Of a DNA stretch of 24,149 nucleotides, positions 1 through 8,069 are shown piece after piece. This DNA is from a virus. Lineage: Duplodnaviria; Caudoviricetes. Positions within the stretch are counted from its first letter, which is position 1; every line of letters begins with the position of its first letter. A program made the position numbers and the translations under genes. The stretch spans positions 1 to 24,149 of IMG/VR virus record IMGVR_UViG_3300005512_004360, one strand, 5' to 3'. The notes under the pieces were generated by a model. It was not told where the DNA came from and did no database searches. It saw only the letters and a program-made list of their open reading frames with translations.

Positions 1-1043
1 CCTCCGGGCGAGAAGGGAGGGGATGGCGGGAAATAGTCGGCCGGGGAATAGGTGATGGTAACATCACCGCCGTAACCGCTTTCCTGGCTCTGCGGGAGAT
101 AGATGACGAGGTTTGCGCCTTCGATCTCGGCGGTCGCCGCCGGGTAGGTCGCTTGCAAGTCGTCCTCGAAGTCGGCGATGGCGCCGGGCATGGTGTAGGG
201 CGCACCCGGCAGCGAGACCCCAGCTCCCTGGACCGTCATTGCGGTGATGTCCTTGGAATTGTGGGGGGTCTCCAGCCGGTAGTCGACCTTCAGATCCTGC
301 GCGTTCACCGCCGCCGGCGTGTAGCGTGCCCTCCAGGTCATGGTGCCGTCCAGATTGTCGGTCGGGCTGCCGACGTCCACCCAGCCAGTCCGGTCGACCC
401 AGAAGATCAGGTCCTTCGTCCATTGCAGGCGCAGCGGAAAGTTTTCACCATCCACGCCCCACCCGGTCGCGGCCGAACCGACCAGCTCATCCGGCAGCAG
501 CACCTCCACCTCGAACCACTGATCCTCCGCGGCGGTCACCACGAAAGGCGTCACCTTCGTGTTCGCAGTCAACCACTCCGCGAGAGCCTCTCCGATGTTG
601 GTGCTGTCAACCGTCACCGGCCCGCTCATGCGGAGAGCGGAACTCGTGTCCGCCTGCGGGAAATTCAAGGGCCTGCACACCGCCTGCTCGATCACTGCGG
701 AGGCGAAGCGCAGGCACCGCAGCTCCCCATCCACCACCTGCTGCACTTCGAGCGGCGCGGATTTTCTGATTTGCGCGGTCCGGGACACATCATCATCCAG
801 CGCCCGCACCAGCGTCTCCAGAGAGGCTCGGCCCTCCCGCTTTGTCAGCCGCAGCGCCCAGCCTCCGCTGCCGGATGCCTCATGGAGCTCCGCCCAATCC
901 GCCTCCACTAAATTGACCGTCCGCGCTTCACCGACCCTCGGCAACAGCAGCCCATCCGCCTCATCGCCGATTTCCAACAATGCTTTGGGACTCGACCCGT
1001 CCGGGTCGAAAATCACGCGGAGGTTGGAAACTCGTGGCTGCAT
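1..1043 (-). CDS. Putative virion/tail structural protein, truncated at window edge (>=347 aa)
   Basis: Translated by hand: ATG at 1043 (MQPRVSNLRVIFDPDG...), open to base 1. It is absent from the ORF track because it has no stop in the window. It starts 4 nt after the stop of the upstream gene in the tail region. Confidence 0.7.
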   Translation of the reverse strand, partial: MQPRVSNLRVIFDPDGSSPKALLEIGDEADGLLLPRVGEARTVNLVEADWAELHEASGSGGWALRLTKREGRASLETLVRALDDDVSRTAQIRKSAPLEVQQVVDGELRCLRFASAVIEQAVCRPLNFPQADTSSALRMSGPVTVDSTNIGEALAEWLTANTKVTPFVVTAAEDQWFEVEVLLPDELVGSAATGWGVDGENFPLRLQWTKDLIFWVDRTGWVDVGSPTDNLDGTMTWRARYTPAAVNAQDLKVDYRLETPHNSKDITAMTVQGAGVSLPGAPYTMPGAIADFEDDLQATYPAATAEIEGANLVIYLPQSQESGYGGDVTITYSPADYFPPSPPFSPG

Positions 1044-1047
1044 CGTT

Positions 1048-1593
1048 TCACGTAGCGATCACCGGCGGCGTCCCCGGCGAACCGGCACCTGGTCCCGCCA
1101 CCGAGGGAGGTGTTGACGGGCCGGACTCGACAACGACGAACGTCCCGTCCCCCACCGCCTCGAAGACGATAATTTCGCCCGGCTCCATCGGGTGATAAAC
1201 GAGTCCCGTGCCTGGAATGAGCCTCGCCACTCCAAGCGTGCTCGCCCCGGCTGAGTCGTTCCTGGCTGCGACTCTTGCACCCGCCTCAATGGTAACGGGA
1301 TCCGCCTCCCAAACCCTGATCATCGGCGAGGATGAAAGGGGGTCCGACATGGAAAGCACTGTGCCCACGTCGTCGGCGATAACCGACGTGATCGTATCAA
1401 AGCCCGTCGCCTCCCGACCCTCGGAAAAAGCTTCCGGCGCGTTGAGGTCCGGCGGCGTACCCGGTGAACCGGCACCCGATCCCGGCACCGCAGGCGGAGC
1501 ACCGGGCGAACCCGTCCCGGCCCCGGCCACACCGGGCGGCGTGCCCGGTGAACCGGCTCCGTTCGGAACCACTGCTGGAGGTGTGTCTGGCAT
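1048..1593 (-). CDS. Putative virion protein with 14-aa Pro/Gly repeats
   Basis: 181 aa; TPPxVxxxGAGSPG-type units, three at the N-terminus and one at the C-terminus; lies after the tail-tube-like gene. Confidence 0.65.
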   Translation of the reverse strand: MPDTPPAVVPNGAGSPGTPPGVAGAGTGSPGAPPAVPGSGAGSPGTPPDLNAPEAFSEGREATGFDTITSVIADDVGTVLSMSDPLSSSPMIRVWEADPVTIEAGARVAARNDSAGASTLGVARLIPGTGLVYHPMEPGEIIVFEAVGDGTFVVVESGPSTPPSVAGPGAGSPGTPPVIAT

Positions 1594-1624
1594 CGCGTGA
1601 GTGCGTTGACGGTTCCTTCCCCGA

Positions 1625-2182
1625 TTACGATGCCGCCGGGAACCTCATCGAGTTCGCGGCCACTGGCAGGTGCTGCGCACGCAGCGCCGGAACCATCGCC
1701 TGGTTGTTGAAGGTCGGCAGCTCGCCCAGCCTCATCTCCACCCAGCTCACCAGCCGGAAGCGGTCATCGCCACCACCGCCGAGCCTGCGGCCCGTCAGCA
1801 GCAACCAGCCCCGCACGAACCGGTCCGCCACCGCCATCGGCACCAGGTTCGTGTCCTCCGCCACCGCAGCGCTCAGGCCGAAGAGTTGACGCCACACCAG
1901 CTCCTGCATCTGCCGCGTCCCGAACGTGAAAAACTCCGCGATCACCCGCTCGCGCTGCCGCTCGACATACTTGTCGCCGACGAGCTGCATGTAGGGATCC
2001 GCCTGCGTCTTCACCTCGAACTTCGCGCCCGGAAGCACGTCGCCCAGCGATGTCCAGTTCGAGGTCGGGTCATCATCGGGGAGCACGGTCTCCGATACGG
2101 TCTGCGTGTCGACGGTCGTGCCGTCCTCCGCGAAGTGGGCGAAGACGCCCACCGCGATGTCTTCAAGTGCTACGTTTGCCAT
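1625..2182 (-). CDS. Putative major tail (tube) protein
   Basis: 185 aa; 'WTSLGDV' N-terminal motif typical of tail tube proteins; strong A/C-rich leader (aacacaacaagacc ATG); position after neck genes. Confidence 0.6.
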   Translation of the reverse strand: MANVALEDIAVGVFAHFAEDGTTVDTQTVSETVLPDDDPTSNWTSLGDVLPGAKFEVKTQADPYMQLVGDKYVERQRERVIAEFFTFGTRQMQELVWRQLFGLSAAVAEDTNLVPMAVADRFVRGWLLLTGRRLGGGGDDRFRLVSWVEMRLGELPTFNNQAMVPALRAQHLPVAANSMRFPAAS

Positions 2183-2218
2183 GGTCTTGTTGTGTTAAAG
2201 TCGCGTGGTTCCTTGGAT

Positions 2219-2464
2219 TCAGAGCCCCAGCCCGGTCACGCATCCGGGATGGAGTTCGTTCAGGGCATCGCCCTCCTTCTTCGTGAGTTTCAGCCGTGCG
2301 CCCGGATACCCGCGCACCCCCTTGTATTTCACATACCCGCACTCCGGCACATTTCGGGTTACCTCCCAGGTAAACACATTCTCAAGGAGCGCGGGCGTCC
2401 CGCCCGTTTCTTCCTTGGCTTTCACCTCCGCCTTGTCAGTCGCCTTGTCATCACTCTTCTTCAT
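2219..2464 (-). CDS. Small hypothetical virion-module protein containing an in-frame 27-nt REP-like unit (TGGTPALLE)
   Basis: 81 aa ORF filling the gap between the tail-terminator-like and tube-like genes. Confidence 0.6.
   Translation of the reverse strand: MKKSDDKATDKAEVKAKEETGGTPALLENVFTWEVTRNVPECGYVKYKGVRGYPGARLKLTKKEGDALNELHPGCVTGLGL
2381..2407 (+). repeat. REP-like unit CTCAAGGAGCGCGGGCGTCCCGCCCGT, copy 1 (intragenic)
   Basis: Identical 27-mer also at 14477, 16118 and 16159; GGAG followed by a GC-rich hairpin. Confidence 0.9.
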
Positions 2465-2469
2465 TTCAA

Positions 2470-2497
2470 TGTTCCGTGTTCGATGTTCGATGTTTCA
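2470..2497 (+). repeat. Heptamer tandem repeat (TGTTCGA-type x4)
   Basis: TGTTCCG TGTTCGA TGTTCGA TGTTTCA fills most of the intergenic spacer. Confidence 0.8.
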
Positions 2498-2938
2498 AAG
2501 CTGCACCGGCACCTCCACCGGCACCTCGTAAATCAAAAAGTCTCGATCCGGCACCAGATCCCCCGGCTGCACCTTGCACTCGGTCGCGTTGTGGTTGTCA
2601 TCCGTCGGCACCCAGTGGTGGAGCGCCTTCATCACCTCCGCCTTCGCGGTCTCCGCCGGGATCCAGTCCGCGTTCACATCCTCCACCACCGGCAGGCCGT
2701 AGCACTTCACCGAATAGCGGGCCGTCACGCGCGGCGGATTCAGGTTCTCCGTAAGGTCCCGGTCGCCTTCGTAAAAAATCGTGATCGCGCAGCCCGTCGC
2801 CTTCGCCTGGGCCGTGCCGATCTCCGCCGTGATGTCCTTCTGGAGATCGATCACCACCGGCACATCCTCCAGCGCCGGCCAAGCTTCCAGCCGAGCCTTG
2901 ATCAGCAGCGCCATCGCGTGAAAAGGCCCGTTGCTCAT
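2495..2938 (-). CDS. Putative tail terminator/completion protein (Mu gp37-like position)
   Basis: 147 aa from ATG 2938 (ATGA overlap with the upstream stop); size and synteny fit. Confidence 0.55.
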   Translation of the reverse strand: MSNGPFHAMALLIKARLEAWPALEDVPVVIDLQKDITAEIGTAQAKATGCAITIFYEGDRDLTENLNPPRVTARYSVKCYGLPVVEDVNADWIPAETAKAEVMKALHHWVPTDDNHNATECKVQPGDLVPDRDFLIYEVPVEVPVQL

Positions 2939-3552
2939 GCCGCCCTCCTTCCTGTGAGAAGTTCCCGCGCCCACGCATCCGCCGCGCCGAAAGCCGCCGC
3001 CTTGAAGCCCTCGTCACTCGGCAGCAGCGTCCGGTCTTGCTTCTGCATCACCTCGCGGCGCAGCCAGTAGGCCACCGTCCAGTGATCCGGATCATCCTTC
3101 GCGGAAAACATCAGCGCCGTGTGGCGACCACCCACCACCGCGAAAGTCAGCTCGCCACTGAAGTCACGCGCCCGAATCCCGTAGGTTCGACGATGCGCTG
3201 GGATCGCCAGATACATCCGACCACTCCCCGGCCGGATCACCAGATCGCGGAACGCCCGGCCCAGCCCCGTGATCGCCGGGATGATCACCACCGCCTCTTT
3301 CGAGCTGAAGGCGCTCATCACCATCGCCGCCGCCTTCCCGTGATGTCCGGTCGGCTTCGCGCCCAGCCCGGTCGCGGTCTTGTGCCGGTTCAGCCCGATC
3401 AGATATTCCCGCGTCAGCCGCTCCGCCTCGCCGGCCATCGAGCGATGCAGTCCGACCGGATTCGAGAACCCCGTGCGCAGCGCCTGCACGCGCTCATGGC
3501 CACGCTCCACGCCCGTCAGGTCCACCGGGATATGCAGCATCCGATCACTCAT
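2935..3552 (-). CDS. Putative virion morphogenesis/neck protein (Mu gpG-like)
   Basis: 205 aa directly after the MuF-like gene; 'VIRPGSGRMYLAIP' resembles the IrPk..k.LxiP motif of gpG-like proteins. Confidence 0.55.
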   Translation of the reverse strand: MSDRMLHIPVDLTGVERGHERVQALRTGFSNPVGLHRSMAGEAERLTREYLIGLNRHKTATGLGAKPTGHHGKAAAMVMSAFSSKEAVVIIPAITGLGRAFRDLVIRPGSGRMYLAIPAHRRTYGIRARDFSGELTFAVVGGRHTALMFSAKDDPDHWTVAYWLRREVMQKQDRTLLPSDEGFKAAAFGAADAWARELLTGRRAA

Positions 3553-4507
3553 CGCCGCCTCCTTCCCCGTAAGCGTCCTGCGCCTTCTTCAGCTCCGCTG
3601 CCAGTACCTTGTTGAAATCATAATTCCCCGGGGCATACGGATCGTCCGGATTCTCCGGCAGCGCGTCGGTCTCCCGCACGAAAGCTTCCAGCAATTCCCG
3701 GTCGCCATTCGTCAGCGCCATCCGCGTGCCAGGCATCACCACCTCGCCACGAATCACCTGCACCGGAGCACCCGACAGCCATTCGTCCACCGTCTCACCA
3801 TTCGGGCCGCGCACGTCCAGCGCACGCACCTCCCGCATCGGCACCTCCAGCCAGTTCTTCCCGGAGTTGAACGCGAACGGTGGATGATCCACATCCAGCG
3901 CGTCGTCGAAATTCGCGCTCCCCCCCAGCTCGCCCCAGCGTTCGTCGCCTTTGAAAGCGATGATCCGCCCCTCGTAAAGGGTTCCGCCCACCTGCGCCCA
4001 CCGCTCTTCCCAATCTCGTGGCACTCGCCGGTCCTCGAACCTCACCAACTCCCACGCCGGAAACTCCGCGATCCGATCATGCCCGCGCTGCTGCTGCGCC
4101 GCGCCCTGGATCAGCTCGCGCTGTGTCCGCACCACAAGCTCCAACCGCCGCGCACTGCTCAGGTCCTGGAGCGTCCCTTGGATCGCCGGCGGCACGCTGC
4201 CCGGCTCCGCATCCGGAAACCCACCCTCCGGCGTGTAATCTAGAACACGCAGAGTCTCCCGCAGCACATACCGCGCATCCGCATCGCTGAGTTCCCCCGC
4301 GATCATCTGGGCCACCACCTCCTTGAGCTTCGAGAGGAAACGCACGTTCGTCCCCCGCGCCAGGAACACCGACCGCGCCCGCACCTCCGCCGCCAGTTGA
4401 CGCAGCCCCGCCGTGTCCAGCTTCGTCGGCAGCAGCCCACGCTCGTTCGCGATCCTCAGTGCCCTGAGAATCGGGTCGTCGCCGGGTGCTGGTACGTCAA
4501 TCGCCAT
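3545..4507 (-). CDS. MuF-like (Mu gp30/F) head morphogenesis protein
   Basis: About 320 aa; RSVFLAR...FLSKLKE, RRLELVVRTQ, FPAWELVR...RRVPRDW and HPPFAFNSG match the MuF pattern; no long C-terminal toxin extension. Alternative TTG start at 4513. Confidence 0.7.
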   Translation of the reverse strand: MAIDVPAPGDDPILRALRIANERGLLPTKLDTAGLRQLAAEVRARSVFLARGTNVRFLSKLKEVVAQMIAGELSDADARYVLRETLRVLDYTPEGGFPDAEPGSVPPAIQGTLQDLSSARRLELVVRTQRELIQGAAQQQRGHDRIAEFPAWELVRFEDRRVPRDWEERWAQVGGTLYEGRIIAFKGDERWGELGGSANFDDALDVDHPPFAFNSGKNWLEVPMREVRALDVRGPNGETVDEWLSGAPVQVIRGEVVMPGTRMALTNGDRELLEAFVRETDALPENPDDPYAPGNYDFNKVLAAELKKAQDAYGEGGGDE

Positions 4508-4517
4508 CGTCAAACAT

Positions 4518-4817
4518 TCATCCGATCTCCTTCAGCAACCACATCCCCGCCTCCGCCAGCCGGTCCGCCGCGCGATCGCGCTCCTCCGACCGAAACTTCG
4601 AACCCCTCAAATCCTCCTCGATCTCCCGAATGCGCGCCACCAGCGCACGGTCCGCATCCACCGCGTCTTCCAGCCGCTTGATCACCCGCCGCGCCGCGCC
4701 CGCCTTCTGCTCGGACGCATACCGAGACCGTGGCGACTCATCCCCACACGCCGCCTCCCGCTCCGCATGATCGAGCACCACCCGCGTCCTCCGCATCTGT
4801 TCGGTGAGTGGCGTCAT
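4518..4817 (-). CDS. Hypothetical helical protein
   Basis: 99 aa; TGATG coupling to the upstream gene. Confidence 0.55.
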   Translation of the reverse strand: MTPLTEQMRRTRVVLDHAEREAACGDESPRSRYASEQKAGAARRVIKRLEDAVDADRALVARIREIEEDLRGSKFRSEERDRAADRLAEAGMWLLKEIG

Positions 4818-5269
4818 CAGATTCCGTCCTGGGTGTCGCGCGTGAAATGTCGATCACGCGAAGTGATGCGCGGGCTCGGCGTCGGGGCCGACGCATCTTC
4901 CGCCGCTCCATATTGTTCGACCGAAAGCTTCCCCGCCGCGATGTCCCGCAGGTCCATCCGTGCCGCTTTCCATGCATCCTTCCGGTCCTCCGTGATCGGC
5001 AGCGCGCGACTCATCCGCAAACCAATCGCGTGCAAAGTCAGTGCAACCACCGTCTCCACCAGCCCCTCCGGCACATGCGTCGCCGTCGGCGATAGCGTGT
5101 TGTCCGCGTGACTGCGGATCGCGTCGCGCACCTTGCCAACCGCCCGCGTGATAGCCGTCGTCAGAGGGTCGGACTGACCACTCTTCAGCAGCACCGTCCG
5201 CAGCGTCGCCGCTTCGGTATCGTTCATCGACGCATACACGTCGTCCTCGGTGACTGCTCTCCAACTCAT
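4817..5269 (-). CDS. Head-tail adaptor, Mu gp36/gpJ-like (DUF1320-like)
   Basis: 150 aa after the capsid gene; C-terminal 'RKDAWKAARMDLRDIAAGKLSV' pattern typical of gp36. Confidence 0.75.
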   Translation of the reverse strand: MSWRAVTEDDVYASMNDTEAATLRTVLLKSGQSDPLTTAITRAVGKVRDAIRSHADNTLSPTATHVPEGLVETVVALTLHAIGLRMSRALPITEDRKDAWKAARMDLRDIAAGKLSVEQYGAAEDASAPTPSPRITSRDRHFTRDTQDGI

Positions 5270-5290
5270 AATCGTTCAGCTCTCGATGAA

Positions 5291-5330
5291 GCGCCGGGGG
5301 GCAAACCAGCCATGGAAAATCCCCCGGCGC
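5291..5330 (-). terminator. Stem-loop downstream of the major capsid gene (attenuator or mRNA-stabilising hairpin)
   Basis: Perfect 10-bp inverted repeat GCGCCGGGGG...CCCCCGGCGC with a 20-nt loop; no clear U-tract. Confidence 0.45.
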
Positions 5331-5361
5331 TCGGATCGAACGCTCCGTTCGAAATGCTTCG

Positions 5362-6288
5362 TCAGCTCAGCGTGATGCGGCGTCCGCTCGCCGCCGAGGT
5401 GACCTTGATGTCCTCAGACCAGTCCACGTAGTAGATGTCCGAGGCGTTGCGCTCCTCGCGGTATTCCCGCACCGAGTCGATCATCCCGGCATCCACCGAG
5501 AAGGTCTTCGCAAAGCTCGGGTCATACTGCGTCGGCGAGTCGTCCGCGTAGAAGATGAACACCTCCGCGCCCACGATGTTCGTCGCGGTCTTGGCAGCTC
5601 CCATCTTCTTCGAGTCGGCGCTCAGCACGCCCACCCGGATCTCCATGCTCGGGTTCAGCAGCATGCTCGCCGCCATCCCGGTGCTCACGCCCTTCTCGGT
5701 CACGCCGCTGGTCCGGTTGATCACACGCGGGTGATTCCGGAACACGCGCCACGCTCCCAGACCAAACACGATCCGGTTCGGCATCCGCCCGATCTCCGTG
5801 GCGATCGCCTCGATCTGGCTGTCGATCTCGTCGATCGGTTCCACCGAGCCGTCCACCGTGGACCACACCCCGATCGATCCGGTCGCCGCCTTGCCAGCCT
5901 TGATCAGGTCGAAGACCTTCTTCTCGTGGCTGTGGTGGCACGCACCGATCAGGTTGCTGATCTTCGCCTCCTGGAGGCGGCCCAGCCCGCGCTCGCCGGC
6001 CAGGTCGCGCTCGTGGTCGTCGATGGTCGTCTCCAGTCCCTGCGGCGTCGCATTGAAATACGGATCGCTCGCCAGGAACTCGATCCGGTTCCGAGGACCA
6101 CCAATCGCGCGATTGGTGTCGTAGATCTGGAAGTCGTTCTTCTCGTTGAACTGCTTGTATTGCCCGTGGGCGATACCCGTCGGAACGACCGGCGCGATGA
6201 ACTCGGCCAGGGCGCTCATTCTGTCCTGGGAAACCCCGGACGCGTAGTTGCTCAGATGAGCGTTTCGTGTGGCTGCTGAAGCAGGCAT
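5362..6288 (-). CDS. Major capsid protein
   Basis: 308 aa after the protease and decoration genes; LSNYA..., FIAPVVP, PNRIVFG...W..FRNHP motifs; strong leader (aaaggaacacaatacc ATG). Confidence 0.85.
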   Translation of the reverse strand: MPASAATRNAHLSNYASGVSQDRMSALAEFIAPVVPTGIAHGQYKQFNEKNDFQIYDTNRAIGGPRNRIEFLASDPYFNATPQGLETTIDDHERDLAGERGLGRLQEAKISNLIGACHHSHEKKVFDLIKAGKAATGSIGVWSTVDGSVEPIDEIDSQIEAIATEIGRMPNRIVFGLGAWRVFRNHPRVINRTSGVTEKGVSTGMAASMLLNPSMEIRVGVLSADSKKMGAAKTATNIVGAEVFIFYADDSPTQYDPSFAKTFSVDAGMIDSVREYREERNASDIYYVDWSEDIKVTSAASGRRITLS

Positions 6289-6323
6289 GGTATTGTGTTC
6301 CTTTCTTGGGATTGGGGTTTCGA

Positions 6324-6710
6324 TCAGGTGAGGGCCACTGGCTCCATGAGTCGGGCTTCGATCAGCTCGCCCGCCGCGCCGGCTTCCAGAGCCTGCGCCA
6401 CGCGCGTCCGGCCGCCGCTGCCGCCGTCGAGCTTCGTCGTCCCATCCGTGTGCAGGATCAGATACGAGCCGAAGACCACGGAACCCGGAGTCGTGTGAAG
6501 CTTCACCTTCACGGTGCCGCCGAAGTTCGGGAGGGCGATCGAGGACTTGCCGGTCGTCGCGGCTCCCTCGGTGATGACTCCGACCGGAATGTCCGTCGCG
6601 GAGTTGGATACGGCGGCACTGCCGCTGCTGTTTTCCACGAAGTAACCTTCCAGGCCGGTTTGATCGGCCGTCGGGGTCATCGGGATGATGGCTTCTGCTC
6701 TTGCAATCAT
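6324..6710 (-). CDS. Capsid decoration/cement protein (DUF2190-like)
   Basis: 128 aa from ATG 6710 (MIARAEAIIP); ends with AQALEAGAAGELIE; lies between protease and capsid. Confidence 0.75.
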   Translation of the reverse strand: MIARAEAIIPMTPTADQTGLEGYFVENSSGSAAVSNSATDIPVGVITEGAATTGKSSIALPNFGGTVKVKLHTTPGSVVFGSYLILHTDGTTKLDGGSGGRTRVAQALEAGAAGELIEARLMEPVALT

Positions 6711-6747
6711 GGTGTTGTCGTTTTGGTTGTGGTCCGCTCCGCGCGGA

Positions 6748-7185
6748 TCAGTTGAAGAGTTCGGGTTTGCGCTGCCGTGCCAGGTTCCATGCCCGGTCAT
6801 ACTTGCAGCCCTCGCGGTTACGGATGCCCTCCACCAGCTCGCGGCGCTCCGCCTCGCGGTTCGCCTCGGCCGTGGCGTCGTCGCCTCCCTCGGTCTTCTC
6901 GACCGGGGCAGGGGTGTTCGCACCGGCGCGGTTGTGGATCCGTTCGGCCGGAGTTTTTTCCGGCACCGGGAATGCCAGGATCTTCTCAAGTCCGCCCGCG
7001 CGGTTCTTGATCAGCTCTTCCTTCACCTCGTCGCGCTTGTCGGCGGGGATGCGGTCGGAGTAGCGGTTCATCACCGCCTCCGCTTCAGCGCCGGCCACCT
7101 GCTTCATCAGGTCGTCCAGCTTCGTCAGGATGTCGGCCTCGGTAGCCTCGGCGGACAGCCCCAGTTTCTCGGCGATTGCCTTCAT
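6748..7185 (-). CDS. Nested in-frame scaffold protein (Mu gpZ-like), internal start
   Basis: ATG 7185 (MKAIAEKLGL) is preceded by an A/C-rich tract (aaccaaaacgaagacacaaaac) like the leaders of the decoration, capsid and tube genes; Mu gene I has a nested Z. Confidence 0.65.
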   Translation of the reverse strand: MKAIAEKLGLSAEATEADILTKLDDLMKQVAGAEAEAVMNRYSDRIPADKRDEVKEELIKNRAGGLEKILAFPVPEKTPAERIHNRAGANTPAPVEKTEGGDDATAEANREAERRELVEGIRNREGCKYDRAWNLARQRKPELFN

Positions 7186-7707
7186 GTTTTGTGTCTTCGT
7201 TTTGGTTCCGTCCGCTTCCGGCGGAGTGCCGGATTCACGGTTCGAAATCGGTTTGCCGCCCCGGTTGTTAGGCCGGTTCGTGAATGCCAGACCGGCCAGC
7301 CGCAGCGGCCTCACCCGGCCGTCGCCGAGATCCTCCAGATCCTCCGGCGCGTATTCGGTCGTGAAAAATTTGTAGCGCCGGTTCTTCACCGCCGCCTCGC
7401 CCAGGTCGCTCACATCGATCCGGCCCCACAGCTCGCCGTCCCGATCCTCCAGCTCCTGGAGCCAGCCCATCGCCTCCGTCCGCTGGCTCAGGTCGTGGCT
7501 CAGATGGTCCGCATCCACCAGCAGCCCGGCCCAGTTCTCCCCGGCCTCCTCGCGCTCCGCATTGAAGCGGTTCACGATCGCCTCGCGAGCCGCCGCGTCG
7601 ATCAACTGCCGACGCCCCGGCCCCGCCGGATGCTCGCCGCTCACCTCGATCTGATACCAGCCGTCTTTCGCCGGTGCCTTGCGGTTGAAAATCGTCGCGT
7701 TCATCAT
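6748..7707 (-). CDS. Mu gpI-like prohead protease with C-terminal scaffold
   Basis: LLVDADH, EAMGW, GELWGRID, RYKFFTTEY and GLAFTNRP motifs of Mu-like proteases, followed by a helical scaffold region. Confidence 0.85.
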   Translation of the reverse strand: MMNATIFNRKAPAKDGWYQIEVSGEHPAGPGRRQLIDAAAREAIVNRFNAEREEAGENWAGLLVDADHLSHDLSQRTEAMGWLQELEDRDGELWGRIDVSDLGEAAVKNRRYKFFTTEYAPEDLEDLGDGRVRPLRLAGLAFTNRPNNRGGKPISNRESGTPPEADGTKTKTQNMKAIAEKLGLSAEATEADILTKLDDLMKQVAGAEAEAVMNRYSDRIPADKRDEVKEELIKNRAGGLEKILAFPVPEKTPAERIHNRAGANTPAPVEKTEGGDDATAEANREAERRELVEGIRNREGCKYDRAWNLARQRKPELFN

Positions 7708-8069
7708 TCGTCGTCGGTTGGTTTCTCGGTCAGCGCATCCACCATCATCATCGCCATCGCCTCCTCGAACTCCGGGTCCTCAAGAAGTCCCGCCCAGTCG
7801 ATTTCCAGCAGCGCCTTCGGATCTTCCACACCCGCTTCCAGCGCCTTGCCAAGCCGCTGCATGTTCGGTGCAGGGAGCGTGCGGGCGTCCAGCACCGCAT
7901 TCACCCGGTTCAGGATCCACCCCGCCTTGCGGTTCAGGATACCGGCGTCATCGTCGGGCTCCACGTCATCCGGGGTGGAGTCATGCAGCGCTTCCCAATC
8001 AGGAGATCCCGGCACCTGGTGGCGCTCGAAAAACTCGTCGCCCTGTTTCATGAGGTCTTCGATCTTCAT
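7704..8069 (-). CDS. Acidic 121-aa protein coupled to the portal-TopIB gene
   Basis: ATG 8069 overlaps the portal stop (ATGA) and its stop overlaps the protease start; two ILNR motifs. Confidence 0.75.
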   Translation of the reverse strand: MKIEDLMKQGDEFFERHQVPGSPDWEALHDSTPDDVEPDDDAGILNRKAGWILNRVNAVLDARTLPAPNMQRLGKALEAGVEDPKALLEIDWAGLLEDPEFEEAMAMMMVDALTEKPTDDE

